A DNA stretch of 51,197 nt from positions 64,001-115,197 of the IMG/VR virus record IMGVR_UViG_3300005323_000039; one strand, 5' to 3'. Shown here one piece after another: positions 45,105 to 51,197 of the stretch. The notes below the pieces were generated by a model. It was not told where the DNA came from. It saw only the letters and a list, made by a program, of their open reading frames with translations, and made no database searches. The stretch comes from a virus. Lineage: Duplodnaviria > Heunggongvirae > Uroviricota > Caudoviricetes. A program made the position numbers and the translations under genes. The stretch's first letter is position 1; each line of letters begins with the position of its first letter.

Positions 45105-45231
45105 ACGTTATGCTTTGTACCTCTCCACAATATATACGTTACGCTTAAGAGCTAGTTCAAATGTAGCGTAAACTATAAATACATCTCTAACGTACTAAAG
45201 GATGCCGTTTTTATAACCTAAACTTGGGGAC

Positions 45232-45399
45232 GTGATTTATATATTACATTGTGTGCATTGTGGCGAAGCTTTAATCGATTCGTACTTCGAAAAGACCGTG
45301 AGTTTTTGTCAGAAGGGAGCAAAACGCGTCGTGAAAGTCCTTCACAGGGAACGTTGGTGTCGCGCATGCTATAACGGAGACGCGGAGTTGGTAGAATGA
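45232..45399 (+). CDS. small Zn-finger protein (missed by ORF track)
   Basis: GTG start; MIYILHCVHCGEAL...RWCRACYNG; TGA overlaps the next ATG. Confidence 0.6.
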   Translation: MIYILHCVHCGEALIDSYFEKTVSFCQKGAKRVVKVLHRERWCRACYNGDAELVE

Positions 45400-45590
45400 A
45401 TAAATCCCTCAATATTAATGTAACGAACAAGACTAAATTTCCTGAAGTTGACGTTCAAATAATCGGAACAGATACGCGACTATATATAACAGGTACTGAT
45501 GACCAAATTAAAACGCTTGTGGCAAAGATATGGCGTCAAATGGAAAAAGATGGGCCACACGAAGTCGGGTTAAGTGAATGGTACGATTAA
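45396..45590 (+). CDS. hypothetical protein
   Basis: 64 aa. Confidence 0.5.
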   Translation: MNKSLNINVTNKTKFPEVDVQIIGTDTRLYITGTDDQIKTLVAKIWRQMEKDGPHEVGLSEWYD

Positions 45591-45696
45591 GATTGAGTAG
45601 AGTTATTGGAGGACTAGATTGATATGAATAGGTCAGAAACTAGAGCTAAGGTCAGAAAGCCCAAAGGCAAACGTTCGAGCAAGCCAACTACAAAAG

Positions 45697-45951
45697 TTGT
45701 TGGTAGTGAAACAACAGTTGAACGGAGTGCATAGTATGCCCGAAGCCAAAGTCTGGAAATGTGATGGCTGCGGAAAGCTTATCGAAAAAGAACGCGATGT
45801 TTACAAGATCAATATGAGAGGTGCTGAATGGTATGAAGGGCCTCCACACAGCGTGTGTCAGCTCGTGAAAAAGTTAGGTTTTTGTGATGTGTGTGCTGTG
45901 CGGATTAAATGGGCACTTGAAACAATAGCGGACAGATTGAAAATTGAGTGA
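45697..45951 (+). CDS. small Zn-finger protein
   Basis: CDGC and CDVC pairs. Confidence 0.6.
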   Translation: MLVVKQQLNGVHSMPEAKVWKCDGCGKLIEKERDVYKINMRGAEWYEGPPHSVCQLVKKLGFCDVCAVRIKWALETIADRLKIE

Positions 45952-46288
45952 ACTGATTGTAATGAAACATATAGAAATAATAGAAAAATCGTTGCTACAA
46001 GCAATATATTTGTACGGAGACGACACTCAAACCGATATTCTTATAGAAGAAATGAGCGAACTTACAAAAGCAATAATCAAATCCAGAAGAAGTCATACGC
46101 ATTACAAGTCCGCTAATATAATCGAAGAATTGGCGGACGTCATAATATGTATTGAACAACTTCGATTAATAGCGCGCAAAGATTTTATGGGAGACTTCGA
46201 TAAACATTTACAAAATCTTGTGAATGATAAAATGATTCGGTTAGAGCGTCGCATGATGGAGGATACGAAATCTAGAGGTTCTGGATGA
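45944..46288 (+). CDS. MazG-like nucleotide pyrophosphohydrolase
   Basis: EEMSEL...EELADV acidic motifs. Confidence 0.8.
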   Translation: MSELIVMKHIEIIEKSLLQAIYLYGDDTQTDILIEEMSELTKAIIKSRRSHTHYKSANIIEELADVIICIEQLRLIARKDFMGDFDKHLQNLVNDKMIRLERRMMEDTKSRGSG

Positions 46289-46764
46289 CTAAATTTCTGT
46301 TCGATATTGATGGAGTGGTTCGTCATTTGTCGATTGGAGCGTTAGGACGAGAAGCTCTCTGTTGGAATGATGCAGACTCGTCAGGGTGCACTGTATTCGA
46401 AATAGTTGATAGTGAGCCAGAATTGTGTTGTACATCGCCTCCAACCGATCTAATGCATGTTGTGAATACTCGAATGAACGAGGTAGAATTTTTATCCGCT
46501 CAACCGGAAAAGTGGAGACCTCATACTGACGTATGGCTCAGATCGAACGTTCGAATACCCTTTACTGTACGTTATGTTAATGCTCCAAACGAAAAGCTAC
46601 AATATCTTTCGGATGAGGTCGTTCTACTGGACGACTACCCAAAATTTGATTCATATGAGCATGTGGTGTTGGTTGAGCGTCCGTACAATATAGATTGTGC
46701 AGCTATTCACCGTATAAAGAATGCACAAGACTTGATTGAATTATTGGAGGTCACTGATGGTTGA
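46285..46764 (+). CDS. HAD-superfamily 5'(3')-nucleotidase-like phosphatase
   Basis: FLFDIDGVV motif I, LSA motif II, K, LLDD motif IV, RPYN. Confidence 0.75.
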   Translation: MTKFLFDIDGVVRHLSIGALGREALCWNDADSSGCTVFEIVDSEPELCCTSPPTDLMHVVNTRMNEVEFLSAQPEKWRPHTDVWLRSNVRIPFTVRYVNAPNEKLQYLSDEVVLLDDYPKFDSYEHVVLVERPYNIDCAAIHRIKNAQDLIELLEVTDG

Positions 46765-47047
46765 AGATGATATTGACGTGGAGTCATGGGAAATCACTAA
46801 ACATTCTGACCCTGACCCGTACTCGATGAGTGCGTTTCGCGAGCAAGTTGATGGCAAATTCACTGTAAAAACTCCACTTGATGATTTACTTTTGTACAAT
46901 GTGAATTCAGATTGCCATCATAATTCGCTTATACTACGTGCATATCAAAAGGGCAAACCATTTAGATTGAAGTTCAGACGAATAATTGTTAGGAAACAAA
47001 GTTGCCTTATATACAAACTTGTAGCACAAGATATGGAGTGGCTTTAA
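46736..47047 (+). CDS. hypothetical protein
   Basis: Coupled ORF, likely start at MVEDD. Confidence 0.55.
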   Translation: MNYWRSLMVEDDIDVESWEITKHSDPDPYSMSAFREQVDGKFTVKTPLDDLLLYNVNSDCHHNSLILRAYQKGKPFRLKFRRIIVRKQSCLIYKLVAQDMEWL

Positions 47048-47365
47048 ATGACAAATGATAAAGAACAACTTGGCAAAGAACTAACTGAGGAAGAATTGAA
47101 CAAAGCACTAGAGCAGTTCGCTCCACTTGACGAAGAAGAACTGCATGCAATGGACGCATTCATGACGCGTCATGACAGAGATTGTATGGATTTAGTGTGT
47201 CCTAAGTGCAGTTGCAAATACTTAATAATTAGGGCGGACGCAACCTACCACAACCATCCTCCAATGGGTGTTTGCTTGGAAGAAATATACGAATGTGAAG
47301 AATGCGGCGCATACGTACAAGTAATCTATAGAATGTCGGATGTACGATTACTGGAGGCAATGTGA
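47048..47365 (+). CDS. Zn-ribbon protein
   Basis: CPKC and CEEC. Confidence 0.6.
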   Translation: MTNDKEQLGKELTEEELNKALEQFAPLDEEELHAMDAFMTRHDRDCMDLVCPKCSCKYLIIRADATYHNHPPMGVCLEEIYECEECGAYVQVIYRMSDVRLLEAM

Positions 47366-47661
47366 TGGCTCAAATCGAATGGTACGACTTCTATGAAGAC
47401 CAACTAATGACTGTACTCGATTTTGACGCAATGGTTAAAAAACTTAAAACTGATAATCAACTGATTGCTCTAACTGACTACATCGAAGAGAGTACATCAC
47501 AAGCAGAAGCTCTAAACGAACTTACACGAGACGGCTTGATTTTAGTCCATATTGACGGTGTTTTGCTCGAAGGCGAAGCTCTAGCACAACACCTATGCGA
47601 CATGGACGCGATGGTCGTGAAGAATCGGGCCTTCGTGGAACTTTTGCGTAACGAAGAATAA
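47362..47661 (+). CDS. hypothetical protein
   Basis: 99 aa, coupled. Confidence 0.55.
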   Translation: MMAQIEWYDFYEDQLMTVLDFDAMVKKLKTDNQLIALTDYIEESTSQAEALNELTRDGLILVHIDGVLLEGEALAQHLCDMDAMVVKNRAFVELLRNEE

Positions 47662-47709
47662 ACTTTTAAAACTTTACTAAATTGACTGTATATTACCCAC
47701 GTTTTAATT

Positions 47710-49998
47710 TTGGCGTGGGCACGATTTTTTAGGAGAAAACATTACATGACTTTGCCTTACGTTAAAACCTCTGACGAACATACGTTGCCATGGGATCGAA
47801 ACGCAATTATATCAGAACTCATGAAAGATGTAGATTTTGCGCGTCATTTTTATCCTGCGATCAATTTCACACTAGAGGACGCGAAAAACGTTGCGAAACG
47901 TGCAGAACACCAAGTGATCAAGCTTGGAGAAGATCCAATTAGCTCTGACACAATACGAGGAATTGTCACTTCGATCCTTGTAAAGGACGGCCAATGTGAA
48001 TTGGCTAAAGCTGCGTCACGCGTTGGGATGCCTGCAAGGGAATTTTACGATGTAATAAAAGGAGGTTCTGATTATGACAACGCAAACTTAACACCATCTC
48101 CAGAGACATCCCATAAGATTGTAGCAGACAAGACCTCGAAAAATTGGTACAATCGAATGCTACCAAAAGAGTTAATTGAGAAACATTTATCAGGCGACCT
48201 TCATATTCACGACGAAGAGTACTTTGGGACTAGACCATTCTGTAAATCATGGGACCTTCGATACACTTTTTACTATGGGTTTAAGCCAGACGGCACAGGA
48301 CTTCAAGCGGTGGCAGCTGGCCCTGCCCAACATGCAACCGTTGCTATTTTGCAAGCAACAAAAGTAATGGGAATGGGACAAACTCAGAATTCCGGAGGAC
48401 AAGGATTGCTCCATGGCACAGTTTTCCTCGCTCCTTATATGGAAGGTAAATCTTACGAGGAAATTCATCAATTGTGCCAAATGATGGTGTACGAACTCAA
48501 CCAAATGTATGTATCGAGGGGAGGACAACCCTGCTTCAGCTCGATTAATCTGAATCCTGGAGTTCCTAAAATTCTAGAAAACGCTCCGATAGTATTTAAA
48601 GGCAAAGTGTGGGATGGAACGCATGGTACATCGCGTCGTACATACTCTGAATTTGAACGAGAAGTCCGATTAATGTTTAAAGCTTTTATGGAACTTTCCT
48701 TAAAGGGTGACTACCATGGTAGGTTGTTTCCGTTTCCGAAGGTAGAAGTAGCAATTGAAAAAAAGTTTGTTGACGAAGAAACTTGGAGTATTCCTTTAAT
48801 CGATTCCGAGATGACAAAAACTGCCCCTAGCTACAGAGAACTGTATGAAATGGCATTCGAAGTCGTATCTAAATACGGTACACTCTACTTCGATAATATG
48901 TTACCAGAATATCGTAAGGCAGAGGAGTCGGTGGCGTGCATGCAATGCTGTAGTTTTTCGTTTTCAACTTCACGCGACGAGGACTCATTGTTTGAAGATC
49001 GATTAAACTTTCGCAATGGAGAACATTTTGATTTGGGAGGCATGCAAGCTATCAGTATAAATCTCCCACGTCACGCGTACAAATCCGATCATAACGATGA
49101 ACAATTGATTCGGAACATTCTAAAAACAATGGATATCGCTACTGAAATATTCAAAATCAAGCGTCAAATGATAATCAATAATTCTGACAGACTCCAATTC
49201 CTAACGCAAACTCCAATAGACCCCAATACAGGAAAACTTGGATCTAAATACGTTGATTTCGATAACCTTGTGTATGAGATTGGAATTGTTGGACTAAACG
49301 AAATGGTACAATATCACGTAGGCAAAGAGTTACATGAGAGTCGAGATGCGGTTGAATTAGGTAAAAAGGTGCTCCAAGCAATGAGTATATATTGCAAAAC
49401 GTTAAGTAAAGAACACGGTATGAAAATCGTGCTTGCGCGTACACCTGCCGAAACTGTTAGCCAAAGGTTCGCTGTTTCTGACATGTTCCATACTGTGTAT
49501 GATAAAATGGCTACAAACATTGTTAAGGGTGACTATGTCACAGCGATTGGAAATGCTCACTCTACCCGAAATCTTCCAGTGTTCTACTCCAATGGATTTG
49601 CTCCATCAGTTGGAGCAGATATCAGTTTGTTTGAAAGGCTTGCATTGGAAAATGAATTTTGGCCTTTAATTGATGGTGGAGCAATCACCCACATATGGCT
49701 AGGAGAAGAGTCACCAAATCCAGTCGGATTAATGGACTTCGCCATGAACGTATTCAAGCACACGAACATTGGGTATGTGGCCTTCACTAAAGACATGACA
49801 CAGTGTTCCAACTGCAAAAAAATGCTAAATGGCATTCATACTCATTGTGAATCGTGTGGTTCAAACGACTTAGTAATATACTCCAGAATTACAGGATATT
49901 ATTCGGTTGTAGGCACTGTAAAGGATGGAGTAGTTCATGATAAATGGAATGCTGGCAAGATGGCAGAATTGAAGTCCAGAAAAAGGGTTAACCTTTAA
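47710..49998 (+). CDS. nrdD: anaerobic (class III) ribonucleoside-triphosphate reductase, archaeal type (likely start ATG 47746)
   Basis: ATP-cone-like N-terminus, HLSGDLHIHD, MQCC, INLPR, GIVGLNE, TPAE, Zn ribbon, glycyl-radical YSRITGYY. Confidence 0.97.
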   Translation: MAWARFFRRKHYMTLPYVKTSDEHTLPWDRNAIISELMKDVDFARHFYPAINFTLEDAKNVAKRAEHQVIKLGEDPISSDTIRGIVTSILVKDGQCELAKAASRVGMPAREFYDVIKGGSDYDNANLTPSPETSHKIVADKTSKNWYNRMLPKELIEKHLSGDLHIHDEEYFGTRPFCKSWDLRYTFYYGFKPDGTGLQAVAAGPAQHATVAILQATKVMGMGQTQNSGGQGLLHGTVFLAPYMEGKSYEEIHQLCQMMVYELNQMYVSRGGQPCFSSINLNPGVPKILENAPIVFKGKVWDGTHGTSRRTYSEFEREVRLMFKAFMELSLKGDYHGRLFPFPKVEVAIEKKFVDEETWSIPLIDSEMTKTAPSYRELYEMAFEVVSKYGTLYFDNMLPEYRKAEESVACMQCCSFSFSTSRDEDSLFEDRLNFRNGEHFDLGGMQAISINLPRHAYKSDHNDEQLIRNILKTMDIATEIFKIKRQMIINNSDRLQFLTQTPIDPNTGKLGSKYVDFDNLVYEIGIVGLNEMVQYHVGKELHESRDAVELGKKVLQAMSIYCKTLSKEHGMKIVLARTPAETVSQRFAVSDMFHTVYDKMATNIVKGDYVTAIGNAHSTRNLPVFYSNGFAPSVGADISLFERLALENEFWPLIDGGAITHIWLGEESPNPVGLMDFAMNVFKHTNIGYVAFTKDMTQCSNCKKMLNGIHTHCESCGSNDLVIYSRITGYYSVVGTVKDGVVHDKWNAGKMAELKSRKRVNL

Positions 49999-50079
49999 AG
50001 AGTGGATGTTGTTTGCCCCACTCTAACCGTAACATATTTATAGTGGTCGTACTTACTGAGGGCTGTTAAAAACATAGGA

Positions 50080-50811
50080 TTGAAGGTAAGGACGGTCAGA
50101 ACAATGGCTACAAAAATAAATGGTTGGAATCTCTTTGGTAAGGTCGCTAAGGCAGGCGCTGTTCACAGGTCAATTTTGTACGGCAAACCGGGCACAGGCA
50201 AAACCTACAACGCTTGCAAACTTGCCACAGACAAAGGCGAGGAGTACTATTCAGTCACTCTTAATGAAGAGTCCTCAGTCTCAGAGATATTGGGAATGTG
50301 GGTTCCCAAGGGCAAGGAGTTCGTATTTCAGCCTGGAGTTGCTATCAGAGCGTGGCTTGAAGGCAAGCTCCTTGTAATAAATGAAATTGACAAAGCATCT
50401 GGCTCAGTACTGACTGTTCTGTACGCTATACTCGACGATAAAGCTATTGCGGGATTAACAATACCCGACAACAAAGGCAGCTTCGTCAATGTTAAACCCG
50501 CAGAAGGGTTCAGAGCAATAGCAACAATGAACGGCACTCTTGATGATCTGCCACTCGCTCTCGCCGATCGTTTCGATATGCGTATCAATATAACTGAACC
50601 TCATCCGGACGCGATTGCACTCCTTCCAGCAGACCTCCAACAGATCGCTAGGAACGCGTACAGTGCAAAGGACACTGTAGTCTCAATGCGGGACTTCATA
50701 GCGTTTGCGAAGCTCAGAGAGGCTGTAGGAAGTGACGACGCTCTTGCGGCTGTATTCGGTGACAAGGCAGCAGAGATGGGCGCGATCTTAAAGGTCGGCT
50801 TTCGGAAGTAA
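50080..50811 (+). CDS. MoxR-type AAA+ ATPase (likely start ATG 50104)
   Basis: LYGKPGTGKT Walker A, LVINEID Walker B, IATMN, ALADRF. Confidence 0.92.
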   Translation: MKVRTVRTMATKINGWNLFGKVAKAGAVHRSILYGKPGTGKTYNACKLATDKGEEYYSVTLNEESSVSEILGMWVPKGKEFVFQPGVAIRAWLEGKLLVINEIDKASGSVLTVLYAILDDKAIAGLTIPDNKGSFVNVKPAEGFRAIATMNGTLDDLPLALADRFDMRINITEPHPDAIALLPADLQQIARNAYSAKDTVVSMRDFIAFAKLREAVGSDDALAAVFGDKAAEMGAILKVGFRK

Positions 50812-51196
50812 GGGAGCGGGAAGCTCCGCCACTTCTTCAACAAGTGGCCACACTGTAGCGCATGGTACAGCAGACCCATCGGATCCAGCAACGTGGGTTG
50901 GGCATAGAGTAAAGGTTACTCCAAAATATGAAGAAGAAGTTCGCGAAGGTATCGGTACAGTCTTATCATACGATGCATCAAGTGACCTAGTGAAAATTGG
51001 TGACTATGATGGCGGCTCTTTGGGTACATGGTGTGGTGTACAAACAATCAAATCAGACAGAGTAAATCTTCTACCAGAGGTTTCACATGTTGCATCGAGT
51101 GTTCGAATTACTGGACGGGAACGACCTGAAGCTGAATGGTGGATTGGCAAGAGGGTAACTGTTGCGGCCAATTCGTACGGCTGCCCAACTGACGCG
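50792..51196 (+). CDS. start-less +1 frame overlapping the MoxR 3' end (candidate frameshift extension, partial)
   Basis: 135 codons open to the window end; G/S/T linker then SH3/KOW-like repeats; no ATG/GTG/TTG in the first 66 codons. Confidence 0.55.
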
Positions 51197-51197
51197 A

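Noticed and set aside
47710-49998. Intein or intron in nrdD
   Set aside because: Continuous ORF of normal length with no intein signature.
1-51197. Stop-codon reassignment or pyrrolysine read-through
   Set aside because: Genes end cleanly at TAG, TAA and TGA, recognisable proteins are full length, and no suppressor tRNA or pylT is present.

Overview
A 51 kb piece of a large tailed archaeal virus (Caudoviricetes, contractile tail). Host is most likely a methanogen of Methanomicrobia, judged from BRE-TATA promoters, an A1-U72 tRNA-Gln and an archaeal-type class III RNR. The window holds neck, sheath, tube, chaperone (-1 frameshift), tape measure, hub, spike and baseplate genes, interrupted by homing endonucleases and oppositely oriented accessory blocks. 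It also holds three tRNAs, several candidate structured ncRNAs, and a recombination/nucleotide-metabolism arm (SSB-like, Sak4-like, ERCC4, MazG-like, HAD, NrdD, MoxR AAA). Capsid, portal, terminase and integrase are not in the window. The main finding is two divergent Cas7/RAMP-like genes (25739-26302 and 32831-33397), each linked to non-coding arrays of 5-nt units made of a fixed triplet plus a variable dinucleotide: GGY-NN for one and GAT-NN for the other. A stand-alone GGY-NN array lies at 6322-6401, and a DUF559/Vsr-like nuclease gene sits inside one array. When the NN pairs are read with every third target base skipped, two GGY arrays decode to near-matches (17/22 and 16/20 nt) of the adjacent virion genes, with the skipped base on codon position 3. 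This suggests an RNA-guided, wobble-blind system aimed at homologous genes of competing relatives. It resembles the VIPR systems I recall from recent preprints (recollection, not verified here). All family assignments come from motif recognition by eye; no database searches were run.
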